Assembly (NCBI GenBank): GCA_951406725.2
Contig: OX597818.1
Location: 89,900,001-89,964,000 of the forward strand
Source: Octopus vulgaris
Lineage: Eukaryota
Length of the DNA: 64,000 nucleotides
Reading direction: 5' to 3'
Shown here piece by piece: positions 12,817 through 24,660 of the stretch. Numbering within the stretch: position 1 is the stretch's first letter; every line of letters begins with the position of its first letter. The notes below the pieces were generated by a model. It saw only the letters and a list, made by a program, of their open reading frames with translations. It made no database searches and had not been told where the DNA came from. The translations under genes were made by a program, and so were the position numbers.

Positions 12817-13026
12817 TATACAGGGGAGTGCTGAAAAGTTCCAGGTTTTGGGGAAAAGAAAATGCAGGAGGATCAGTCAATTATGCTTTTATTCAACCTG
12901 TTCTCTCAAATTCACATACTTATTACAGCAGGCTTTCAGTTTTTCTAAACCTTGTAAAAGAACTTGGAAGGTTGGGCCTCCAAGCAATACCCCTAAAGCC
13001 ATGAACTTTTCAGTATCCCATCGTAT
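12817..13026 (-). mobile_element. Mariner-derived MITE, same family as 407-580
   Basis: tacaggggagtgctgaaaagttc ... gaactttttcagtatcccatcgta. Interior is the reverse complement of the 407 copy. Confidence 0.65.
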
Positions 13027-13035
13027 ATATATATA

Positions 13036-13229
13036 TATAGGGAAAGTTTACGAAAAAAAAAACAAAGGACGAAGACAAGTGGTGTACAAAACAAACAGAT
13101 ATATTAGTATAGCGCTCAGGAATAGAAAAAGTCTTTTACGTTTCGAGCCTACGCTCTTCTACAGAAAGGTACACAGAAAAAACATGGAGAGAAAAAAATG
13201 TGTGTAGTGGCTAACGATCTATCATGGCG

Positions 13230-13273
<44 letters not shown>

Positions 13274-13292
13274 TTCTCTCTCTCTCTCTATG

Positions 13293-13354
<62 letters not shown>

Positions 13355-13560
13355 CACACACACACACACCATGATTGACTGCTAGCTCCAAAAGATTTTT
13401 TATTCTCTCTCTATTTATTTCCTCGTGTTCCTTTCTGTTGAAGAGCGTAGGCTCAAAACGTAAAAGACTTTCTCACCTTCCCGAGCGCCAAATTAACACA
13501 CCTGCTTGTTGTTTATACACCCGTCTTCGTCTTTTATTTTTCTGCAAATGTCAACTGTAT
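13036..13560. mobile_element. Inverted pair of Penelope-like terminal-repeat fragments around a (CT)n(TA)n(CA)n tract
   Basis: 13036-13200 is a diverged reverse complement of ~13397-13560. Each carries a hammerhead-like motif (ctgtNgaagagc-gtag-gctc(g/a)aaacgt). Confidence 0.65.
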
Positions 13561-13621
13561 ATATTAACTTATGTATTTTATTTTAATATAATCTTACGTA
13601 TATATTCTCTTTATTTTACAG

Positions 13622-13906
13622 AAATATATATTTATGGCCAAGTGAGAAAGGTATCAGACACTAATTGTTTAGAAACTCTTGATAGAGTGTTTGTAAATAT
13701 CAGAAACAGAGTATCTGAATTTACTCCTGAATTTTTTAGAATAAGAGGTAAAATTTATGAAGGCAACATTCTGGAAAAAGTTCATCTCAAACTGGGAACA
13801 TTCGTCCGGTTATTAGTATCGATTCAAAAAACTGAAAACTCTGAAAAAGTTATTTTCTTGCATTTTAAAATATACAGGAGCTTTATTGAACCCAAAGGAA
13901 TTCTGA
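13622..13906 (+). CDS. ITIH: ITIH-like gene, 285-nt exon (K)IYIYGQVRKV...LHFKIYRSFIEPKGIL
   Basis: ttttacag acceptor, A|gtaagt donor; the 3' part of ORF 13375..13914. YGQV and FLHFKI...KGIL(S) resemble ITIH VNGQL and LGFY...HGLLG. Confidence 0.85.
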
Positions 13907-14226
13907 GTAAGTAATATTTCTTTTCTTTCTTTCTGTTTTTTTTTTGTTTTGTTTACAATTAAAGAAAATTCTTTGGTTGTATTAGATGAGTTTTCATTAG
14001 CATATAAACAGGAGGGCTATGAAAGTATTAATTATTAATGACGAAAGAAATTAAAGAAGTGCTAAAAGTTTTAAAAGAGCTGTATCGTATCCACTCTATA
14101 TTAATGCAATAATTTTAAGTATTAAATTAATATTAATTATAAATTGGTTTCAAATTTTAGCATCAACCTCAGTTTTCAGTTGGTAATGAACGCAAGGATG
14201 AAAGGCAAAGTCAACCCCAGCGGCAG

Positions 14227-14711
14227 TGGAGGCGCAATGGCCCAGTGGTTAAGGCAGCGGACTCGCGGTCGTAAGAACGCGGTTTCGATTCCCAGACCGG
14301 GCATGTGAGTGTTTATTGAGCAACAACACCTAAGCTCCACGAGGCTCAGGCGGAGGGGTGGGGGTGAACCCCACTGTACCCTTTCACCACAACTTTCTCT
14401 CACTCTTTCTTCCTACTTCTGCCATAAAGTAGAGGAACCATGCTGAAAATCACATTGTTGTCGTAAATTTTCAGACTCTAGTCTAGATTACGAATCCTCT
14501 GTACCCCAGGATGTGTTCAGCTCTCCACCCGTTAAAAGCCACCGTTTACGGAATGAGGATAACAACGTAGCTTTCGCGCCCGTGCAACCGCCAGTCTATC
14601 GCGTGTGGTGGGTGGATCTTCAAGTTGCCAAGCGCATTCTTAGTAGCTTAGAGTAGGCTCGAATTAGAAATTATTCTTTGTGGCTAATGGCGTGAGTCCT
14701 GATTAGCAGAA
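14227..14711 (+). mobile_element. tRNA-derived SINE family B, long-tail variant, nested in a family D SINE
   Basis: ggaggcgcaatggcccagtggtt head, TSD acc(c/t)cagcggca. Same long tail at 38249-38720. Other family B copies at ~22039, 22591, 23395-23711(-) and 44866. Confidence 0.8.
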
Positions 14712-15912
14712 GACCTCAGCGGCATTTGAAATTAAAACCTAAAATCGAAAGAAATGCTACAAAGTATATTTTCCTGGTGCGGTTATGATTTTGTCAGTTC
14801 GCTGCCTTAATTTCAATTGAAATACTGGCTTCATATTTTGGAACAAGGCCAGTAATTTCAGAGGAGGGGCTAAGTCGATTACATCGATCTCAATGCTCAA
14901 CTGATACTGATTTTATCGACTCCGAAAGGATGAAAGGCAAAGTCGACCACGGCAGAATTTGAACTCAGAACGTAAAGACGGATGAAATGCCGCTAACGTT
15001 TCTACCAGCTCGCCGCTTTAATTTCAACTGAAATATTTGGCATCAGTTGTATAGAGTGACACACAACCATTTTTAGTGACCTTTGGGATATTCACTTATT
15101 GACCATTTATGTCTTCTGCTATGGCTGCAATGTGAAGGCGCATGGCTCTGTGGTTAAAGCGTCGAGCTTACGATCGTGAGGTTGTGAGCTCGAATCCCGA
15201 ACTGGGCTGCTTGTTGTGTTCTTGAGCAAGACACTTTATTTCACGTTGCTCCAGTTCACTCAGCTGTAGAAATGAGTTGCGACGTCACAGGTGCCAAGCT
15301 GTATTTGCCTTTGCCTTTCCCTTGGATAACACTGGTGACGTGGGAGGGGAGGCAGATATACATGGGCAACTGCTGGTCTTCCATAAACAACCTTGCCCGG
15401 GGTTGTGCCTGGGAGGGTAACTTTCTAGGTGCAATCTCATGGTCTGTGTCGTGACCGAAAGGGGGTCTCAGATATAGATGCAATAAACTTCCTGTAGGAA
15501 TATTTTTGCAGAACAAATACTACCTTCACATCAAAAGGTATAAGATGTCATAAAACAAGTTAATTTTGAAACATAAAGACATGTTTTCTAGCCATTTTTA
15601 CAAAATATTTTTAGTAAATGAATAACTGTTTTACATTTTAAAACGAAAAAAACTAAATTTGATACACATACAAGACGCGTGAAAAACAGTTAAAAGAGTA
15701 TTAAAAATTATTTTTTGGTATTTTTTCATGTTGACTCTTTGTTTATAACTACAATTATATGAAAACTTACATAAACATCTATAATATTTTCTATGTTAAT
15801 TCAATCTTCAAAAGTATATTAAAGGGATGTATGATATTTAAAATAAATTGATTCCAAGATTCGCTGTCTAATGAAGATATATTATTAATTTGTTAATACG
15901 TTTCCATTTCAG

Positions 15913-16046
15913 GTGATTATGTAAAAAACTTACACTGTACTAGACAGTCACCGAACCAGATAGTTTTGTCTAATAAAGTGACTGCTTTTCATAAAGTCAA
16001 GTACAAAACCATCATTAGACGTTGGAAAAGATGTTTTAAAATGTGA
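15913..16046 (+). CDS. ITIH: ITIH-like gene, terminal coding exon (S)DYVKNLHCTRQ...RWKRCFKM*
   Basis: ttccatttcag acceptor, phase matches the previous exon, 43 codons then TGA. Confidence 0.8.
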
Positions 16047-16146
16047 GCGACAAGAATGAGGTTGTATCTTGATTTAATCTAAAATAATCTTTCACATTAG
16101 GATTGCTATGATGTAGAAATATATTAATTTGATAAATACACCGATA

Positions 16147-16178
<32 letters not shown>

Positions 16179-16181
16179 TTG

Positions 16182-16221
<40 letters not shown>

Positions 16222-16470
16222 TATATATATATATATATATATATATTATCGGTGTATTTTATCAAATTTTTAATTTTTTCTTTCTTTTTTTGGTTTTGTT
16301 TGTCTCAGGTCTTCTATACTTAATTTAAGTGCTCGTTGGATCGCACTGTCTATTAGGGGCTGTGGATAATTTCTATTTATGAGTGTAGTTCTAAGATAAT
16401 ATATATATATGTATTATCGGTGTATTTTATCAAATTAATATATTTCTACATCATAGCAATCCTAATGTGA

Positions 16471-17088
16471 TAGACTCCAAGCAGTACCTACCCTCTGATT
16501 CATGCCACCCAAGACACACTAAAATAAATGTCCCTTTTTGTTTAGCTAGAAGGATTTACACCATAATATCAGACACAAACACCCGACACACACGTCTCCA
16601 GGAACTTAGAACTACACTCATAAATAGAAATTATCCACAGCCCCTTATAGACAGTGCAATCCAACGAGCACTTAAATTAAGTATAGAAGACCTGAGACAA
16701 ACAAAACCAAAAAAGAAAGAAAAATTAAAAACCCTTCCCTACATCTCTACACACAACCCACTTAACAATGAGGCCTTCAACACCATACTACAAAGCACAG
16801 CCCTACTAAAGGGAGACCCAAAGATGAACCGGATCCTCGAAACACACACCATCATTAAAAGTAAACGCCAACCAAAATCCTTGAAAAAAATTTTAACCCA
16901 AGCTAAACTGCACTCAACATCAACCACAAAACCAGCAGTTAGAAAATGTGGAAAGCTTAACTGCGGAATCTGTGTCATCTTGGTAGAAGGAATAAAGGGT
17001 GCATTATGCAATCTTCTCATCAAGAAAGAAAAGGAGCCTCTCTCAACAACAAGATGAGAAGATTGCATAATGCACCCTTTATTCCTTC
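16471..17088 (+). mobile_element. Penelope-like element ORF fragment (RT thumb to linker region)
   Basis: ORF 16467..17057, DSKQYL..DSCHPRHTKINVPFCLARRI...RLQEL...RNYP..LI...KCGKLNCGIC, is typical of the region between RT and GIY-YIG in PLEs. Confidence 0.82.
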
Positions 17089-17190
17089 GGAATGAAAATA
17101 TGCTGTCTTTGAAACATGTGTCGAGAGTAAAGGAATTTTGTTAACATCTTCGTTCGACTCCATTCTTTCATTTAATCATATATATATATA

Positions 17191-17410
17191 TTCAAAATGT
17201 GACCGCGTGTGTACCGTTGGCGATTTTTTCCTCCGTATTCCCCTCCTTGGATCTTTCCTTTTCCTATGTTTCTGACGAAGAGCTCCGCTCGAAACGTTAA
17301 ATCCTCCTCCTCTTCCTTTCCTTTCCTGAGCGTCAAATAACACTATACTTGTTCCACGTCCTCGCGTTATTGTGTTTTCTCTTTGTGTTTTCGTGTTTGG
17401 ATTAACTATA
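17191..17410 (+). mobile_element. Short Penelope-derived element carrying a minimal hammerhead, inserted at (TA)n
   Basis: Near-identical copy on the minus strand at ~60205-60417. Both abut (TA)n. Confidence 0.7.
17268..17302 (+). ncRNA. Minimal type I hammerhead ribozyme motif (PLE-type)
   Basis: CTGACGA-A-GAGC-tcc-GCTC-GAAA-CGTT: catalytic core, stem II and palindromic ACGT stem III. Confidence 0.6.
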
Positions 17411-17627
17411 TATATGTATAATGTTCGTTTTTGTGTTCAATTATAATGAAAAAAAGTTTTACTCCAATCTGATGGGTTACCTTATACTTTTCTAGAGTAC
17501 AAATTTATTAATCTTAAACAAGAATATTAGTGACAGTGACTTCGAAGTTTCGGCCAGCTAAGCCCTCGTGGGACTGCTGTTCAAAAATTCGAAGTCACTG
17601 TTAACAATATTCTTGTTTAAGAACAAT

Positions 17628-17722
<95 letters not shown>

Positions 17723-17725
<3 letters not shown>

Positions 17726-18986
17726 TGGGTCGAATCATAAATAGTTTCCGTTTTTTGGAGGTAAATTGTAACGATGCAATTCGAACTTCAATGGTTTTAA
17801 TTGAAATTGAAGCTACCGTTTTCAAAAGAGCCTTGCCTTTCATTCATATTTAAACAGTGAAAGCGTGCACGTCATAGTTTAATATCAAGTTTCACTCCGC
17901 TAAAATGGATGAACTAAAAGTGCATATTTGACATGTGATATTGTGGGCGTTGAAGAATGGGGGAGGAGGAAACACAACAGAAACAGGTAAGAAAATATGC
18001 AGTGTTTATGGCCAAGGCGTTGTTACTGAACGGCAAGTGCGAAATTGGTTTTTCAAAGTTTCGTTCCGGAGCGTTTTCATTGAGAGACAACTCAGACCAT
18101 GATGCTCATCAGACTTCGATCAAGAAACTTTAAGCGATTTAGTGGAATTCAGTCCTCGTAAAAATACTCGGGAATTAGCAATTGACCTCAATACATATCA
18201 ATTCATCATCTGTCGCTACTTGGAAAAGATAGGAAAAGTCAGCAAGTTGGAGTATAGGTTCCCCATACTCATAGTGAGAAGAATAAGGAAGATCGCATGT
18301 CCATTGTGACAAGTCTTCTTCCAAGACAGAGAAATTACCTGCTTCTCAATATCATTACAGGTAATGAAAAATGGGTCTTTTATGACAATATTCAACGCAA
18401 AAGGCAGTGGATTGACAAGGATAAATTCACTTTGACCTACCTCAAAGGCTGAGCCCCATTGAAGGAAGGTTGTGGTGTGTCTATGGTGGGATCACCGCAG
18501 TTTTATTCATTTCGAGTTTTTAAACTGCAAGCACTAAATGTCAACTTATACTCTCAACAGCTGCGATGTGTGCATGAAAATCTTTTAAGAAAATACCCTG
18601 CACTCGTTAGTAGGAGAAACGTTGTGCTTCTCTCAGATAACACAAAACCACATTCAGCAAGAATCGCGAAGGATAAAATATTGGATTTGGGCTGGTCTGC
18701 TCTATCCCATCCACCACATTCGTCAGACCTTGCATCAACTGATTTCTATCTTTTTCGCTCTCTACAAAATACTCAAAATTCCTCAAGAAGATCAGGTGAA
18801 AATATATGTGGAAAACGTCTTTATGTCGAATCTAGGGGAATTTTACTCGAGAGGAATCAAAAAGCTACATGATAAATGGTAAAAGATCATTCAAAATAAT
18901 AACAAATTGAAAATAATTCTTTGTAAAAGTTTTTCATGAGTAAAGGTGTTTAACAAAATCAGAAATTATTTATAACTCAACCCAAT
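17723..18986 (+). mobile_element. Full-length decayed mariner transposon
   Basis: TIRs cattgggtcgaatcataaatagtttccgtttt / aaaatcagaaattatttataactcaacccaata in TA context. Frameshifted transposase from ATG 17905 with VPH, ITGNEKW, HPPHSSDLASTDFYLFRSLQN. Confidence 0.9.
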
Positions 18987-19294
18987 ATATACATATATAT
19001 ATATATAACACCAAGTAAGTTAGGGGTTGTGGATCCAACCCACTAAGGGATAATATTTATCCAATATACTGTTGGTATAATACCCAAATTATTAATACAC
19101 AAGTGTTTTTAATTGCAATGCAATTAACTTATTGTATTAAATGGGTGAAGGCAAAGAAATATTTACCATTAATTTATAATACAATTAAGAAAATGGTGAA
19201 ACAATTTAGTTGGTTTATCAGCTTTGGGATATTAGAATGTTGACTTATGTTGAATGTTGAATGAAACTAATTTGTTTCACCATTTTCTTATTTG

Positions 19295-19338
<44 letters not shown>

Positions 19339-20607
19339 CACTGCTATTGATTATTTATTTAGATATTATATGATATTGTTTTATACACATATATTAAATT
19401 TAATGATTAATAAATTAATTATAGAACTCCTCTACACACATATTGTTAGTTCATATCTCAAGAGAATAATTTTAAATTGTTACACAAATCTGGAGGACGG
19501 AGTACATTTTTCTACAAATGTTTGTTCGAAGTGAAAAGATTATATACAAGTCACTCATGTTTTCCAACTGTCTAATAAATATCTTTTGAAATTAACATTA
19601 GAGTTGTTACTGTTTTTGTTGTTGTCAGCACTGATTAAGCAGTCTATTAGTAAAGGTGTTCCATCCGTGACCACCCCATCTTACCTTTAAATATAGTATA
19701 CCTAGGAATATATTATTCAATGTGTTCTTTCAATGAGTTAGTAGAGTGTGCTTTGAGAGAAAGTACGTTACTCTCTCGTATGTCTAGTAGTGGCTTTTTT
19801 GGCTAGATCGTCACGATTTAGAATTGTTTTCAAATGAAGGTAATTTATTTTCAACCTAGCTGGCAACAACAAACTTTCTAATACATAATCTGTTTCTGTC
19901 TCAGCAAAGTTGAAATACTTTAGTAAAAGGCGAAAGATTTATCCGCTCGGGGTGAGGAGAAACCAGAGTTGAAATACTTGTCATTATTTATGTCACAAAT
20001 ATTGTCGTTTTTGACTGATGCACCATTGTAACATAGACAAATATACCAACAAACAGTTACACGACTGACATACGAAACATTCATTGACATCAGCTCAAGA
20101 AGAAAACCACACGTATTTATAGATTTTTGAAATAGAAATAACCCACTCTATATATTATTTCTTTATTGCCCACAAGGGGCTACACACAGAGGGGACAAAC
20201 AAGGACAGACAAACGGATTAAGTCGATTATATCGATCCCAGTGTGTAACTGGTACTTATTTAATCGACCCCGAAAGGATGAAAGGCAAAGTCGACCTCGG
20301 CGGAATTTGAACTCAGAACGTAACAGCAGACGAACTACTGCTAAGCATTTCGCCCGGCATGCTAACGTTTCTGCCAGCTCGCCGCCCTAACCCTCTCTAT
20401 ATCTATTATCCTAATCACTGTTTTTGAATGTCCGTCAATCTATCGGATTCACTCTCAATGCAGTTCATGAGCTTCCTTCTCATAATCTGTATACATCTGC
20501 TTTTACTACAACATACTGAACCCTCCCATGCATCAACGATTGTTCGATTATTTCTCATTCAGCATAGAGCTCATTACATCGTTTTATTCAAAATTCGTAC
20601 ACATAGA

Positions 20608-20990
20608 CGCAGGGGTGGCTGTATGGTAAGTAGCTTGCTTACCAACCACATGGTTCCGTGTTCAGTCCCACTGCGTGGCACCTTGGGCAAGGTTCTATAG
20701 CCTCGGGTCGACCAATGCCTTGTGAGTGGACTTGATAGACGGAAACTGAAAGAAGCCCATCGTATATATATATATATGTGTGTGTGTGTCTGTGTTTGTC
20801 CCCCGAGCATTGCTTGACAACCGATGCTAGTGTGTTTATGTCCCCGTCACTTAGTGGTTTGGCAAAAGAGACCGACAGAATAAGTACTAGGCTTACAAAG
20901 AATAAATCCCGGGGTCAGTTTGCTCGACTAAAGGCGGTGCTCCAGCATGGCCACAGTCAAATGACTGAAACAAATGAAAGAGTAAAGAGA
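20608..20990 (+). mobile_element. SINE family C (ggagtggctgtgtggtaagtagcttgc...(TA/TG)n...gaaacaagtaaaagag)
   Basis: Copies at ~25348, 36071, 41700-41858(-), 48671-49092, 51253-51700(-), 52027, 56940-57200(-), 63100-63431(-). Responsible for many recurring pseudo-ORFs (RASFSFRLPNPLTRLW). Confidence 0.87.
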
Positions 20991-21521
20991 GTAATCATGA
21001 CTTCGTGTGGTTTGTTTTACTTTTCACACGACAGGGACCAAAATGTTAGTAGTATCGCCTACCTGGCCTGTCTCTTGACATTTAAAACTCTAAAACAACG
21101 TTTTACTGTGACGTCGCAGGATCTAATTTCTTGGGACAATCTGAATATTGCATTATCTAATCAAGACAACATACAACACATTGTTCTAATCTAATACATA
21201 ACATGCTCTCCTTCTTGAATCTTCTTGTACACTGAATCAATAAGTCGGAACTCCACTAACTTCTACTTAAGCTTAAAAAGCCATTAATGTGTGCTTCCAT
21301 TTACTTCTGGGCATCCAATAATCAGCTGATATTTTATACAGCGCAGAGTCTGCAAGTCTTCTCACATCCCTAATTGCAATCGGTCAGATTTTCTACGTCT
21401 TTCTTAAAACAGTTCATAACATAGCAAAATCTTTGCATTTAATACTCCTGCATGTAATGTCTCTTCATCAAAGACAACTTTATAAATAACACTCTTGTAG
21501 TTAAATCAACCACATCAATCA

Positions 21522-21755
21522 TATTGGGTTGTCCGGAGAGTTGAGTTCGTGCCGATTTTTAAAGGAAAGAAAAGGTTCAATAAATACTTGCCATTACATT
21601 TTTAATCAACCAAATATGAACCATTTTGTTGCACAATGCGTCTCCGTCTTTCCTTTAACTTGAAAATACCCTCTTCCCAGAATTGAGGTGCCTGGGAGGG
21701 TAAGTCGAAAGGTAAGCTACTATAAATCGGCACGAACTTTCCGGACAACCCAATA
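21522..21755 (-). mobile_element. Internally deleted mariner (MITE)
   Basis: TIRs tattgggttgtccgga...ttcgtgccgattt / aaatcggcacgaactttccggacaacccaata. Retains the transposase end FWEEGIFKLKERRRRIVQQNGSYLVD*. Confidence 0.85.
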
Positions 21756-23729
21756 TAAACAGCAGAACGCCACTTCGTTGCCCAATTCAAGTTCAATAGT
21801 TGCTGCATACAGTGGCTTGCATAGGAAAAATTCTATGATCATTTGAGCCGAATATGATAACAGATTCTGATGGATTAACTTCCTTATTTCCAAACAGTGT
21901 ACATTCAAATTGCTGTCAAATGTAATAAACCATTCAACCAACCAGCCAACCACTCCTCTCCCAATTCTATCTCTGAGTCTAAATCCCAGCTTGTAAGATT
22001 ATGCATTTTGTTACATTTTCGAAAAGGTAATAACTTCTGTGGAGGCGCGTGGCTTAGTGGTTAGGGTGTCAGCACCATGATGGTAAGATTGTGGTTTCGA
22101 TTCCTGGATCGGGCGACGCGTTGTGTTCTTGAGCAAAACACTTCATTTCACGTTGTTCCAGTCCACTGGCAAAAATGAGTAACGCTGCGATGGACTGGCG
22201 TCCCGTCCAGCTCGGGAACTTACAAACGCCATAGAAACCGGGAAACCAGGCCCATGAGCCTGGCTAGGCTTTAAAAGGGCGCATTTATTTATTTTTTTAA
22301 ATAACCTCTAACTCTGTTATTTTTAGCCTATTGTCTCGCTTTATGAAGGAATCAACTGAGACTTTGAATTTGCTTCCTCAGTTAATGACATTGGGCACAT
22401 AAAATAACGATAAAGAAATAATTGTTTTACAACCCACACCTTTCAGGAAATCTGAACCATACACATACACGAAGCATGCGCACGCACACACATACACACA
22501 CACACGCACGAACACACACATACACGCCCACCCGCCACACTCCCTTTTTCTCCCTCTCCCTATTAAATACATTCTCCCTCACATCCACGTCAATGGCCCA
22601 GTGGTTAGGGCAGCGGACTCGCGGTCGGAGGATCGCGGTTTCGATTCCCAGACCGGGCGTTGTGTGTGTTTATTGAGCAAAAACACCTAAAAGCTCCACG
22701 AGGCTCCGGCAGGGGGTGGTGGCGACCCCTGTTGTACTCTTTCTTCACAACTTTCTCTCACTCTCTCTTCCTGTTTCTTGAGTAACGCTGCGATGGACTG
22801 GCCTCCCGTCGAGCTGGGGGGAACGCATACGCCAACAGAAACCGGGAAACCGAGCCCATGAGCCTGGCTAGGTTTGAAAAGGGCGACGTTTATCGTTTTT
22901 TTTTTTATCACAGCCACATAAATATATAAATACATAAATTTTGAAGAGAGAAAGAGAGAGGTCTAAAGCAGAGATGGCGTAGGGATGGTATGTCATTGAT
23001 GTGGTGGTGGATGGGGACGAAAGGATTTTGAATACGCGTAACTGATTGATTAGCCGAACAGTTAATCAAACAATCGATTAGTTAATTAATTGAATAGTTA
23101 ACCAATTAACAAATAGAATATAAAGATTTGAAATAGAAACAGTATGTGTATTTATTACTGGCATAATAAAACTGGTTTCAGAACATGATGAATCTTGCAA
23201 ATCAAATACGAAGACATATACACACACACACACACACACATTCTTTTATCCGGTTCAGCCTCAAGGCTGTGTCCATACTGGGGCACTGCGAGTATCATCA
23301 CCTTTTTAATGGACATTGTCATGAGGTTGGCTTTCCTGGATCGCTTTTAAACAAAGGACTTACATACATACATACATACATACATAAAAATCGATAAACG
23401 TCGCCCTTTTTAAGCCTAGCCAGGCTCATGGGCCTGGTTTCCCGGCTTCTGTGGCGTATGTGTCCCCCCCCCCCCAGCTGGACGGGAAGCCAGTCCATCG
23501 CAGCGTTACTCAAGAAACAGGAAGAGAGAGAGTGAGAGAAAGTTGTGGAGAAAGAGTACAACAGGGGTCGCCACCACCCCCTACCGGAGATTCGTGGTGC
23601 TTTTAGGTGTTTTCGCTCAATAAACACACACAACGTCCGGTCTGGGAATCGAAACTGCGATTCTCCGACCACGAGTCCGCTACCCTAACCACTGGGCCAT
23701 TACGCCTCCACACATACATACATACACCA

Positions 23730-24425
23730 CATTAACAGCGACACCGATAGGTTTTATGCAAGACAAAGTGATGGCGGTAAAGGTATAAGGTCAGTCCAAA
23801 CAGCCTTTGAATGTCTCATTGTATCACTCAAACAACAACTGCTGGACAGTAAAAAAAGAAATGCATAATTTTCCATGGATACTCAAAAGTGAGAGCAACA
23901 ACATATTTAGAGCTAGAGAAGAACTCCTGTACATGTACACTGAGAATATACGTGTCTCATGCGATCCACAGGAGGCTGGACTGGTCTACCTAGACAGAAG
24001 CTTGGAAAAGAAGCGCGTATCGAACCAACAAAAACAAAGCATGGATGCATAACCCGTAAGCTAGAGGATAAAAACATCGTTGACAGTAAGAGTAACCTCT
24101 CCTGGACCAGTGATTGTTATTACACCCAGAAGGATATGCCTTCGTTAGCCAGGAGCAGGAGATTGCTACTAAATACCTAATAAACATGGGAGACAAAGAT
24201 ACCACAAAACCCCCTCACTGTGATAGAAAGTGTCCGTTCTACTATACTTGTGTGGAAGATAACACCTACGTTATGAAAAGCTGTCCCGAAATGTTTACGA
24301 GATACTACCTGCCCCTGAGACATGATATGGTTGCAGAGACTATTTACAATGCTATCTGCAGAAAGGATTGCTCTGTTGTATACATCAAAGGCATCTCAGA
24401 ATCAGCATACATTCACGCCTTAGAT
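23730..24425 (+). mobile_element. Decayed R4/Dong-type LINE fragment
   Basis: GGKGIRSV...; GYAFVSQEQEIATKY...C..C..EDNTYVMKSC...RHDMVA (RT end plus CCHC-like knuckle). Confidence 0.65.
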
Positions 24426-24430
24426 ATGTT

Positions 24431-24660
24431 GGTAGGTAGGTAGGTAGGTAGGTAGATAAAGAAAATAGATAGATAAATAGATAGAGAATGAAAGAAAGAT
24501 AGATGGATAGATAGATAGATAGATAAATAGGTAGGTAGGTAGGTAGGTAGGTAGGTAGGTAGGTAGATAGATAGATAGATAAAGAAAATAGATAAATAGA
24601 TAGAGAATGAAAGAAAGAAAGATAGATAAATGGACGGATAGATAGATAGATATTTAGATA
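24431..24660. repeat. (GGTA)n/(GATA)n compound tetranucleotide repeat
   Basis: Directly visible. Confidence 0.95.

Noticed and set aside
13375-13621. 5' part of ORF 13375..13914
   Set aside because: Intronic Penelope-like repeat read through into the real exon starting at 13622.
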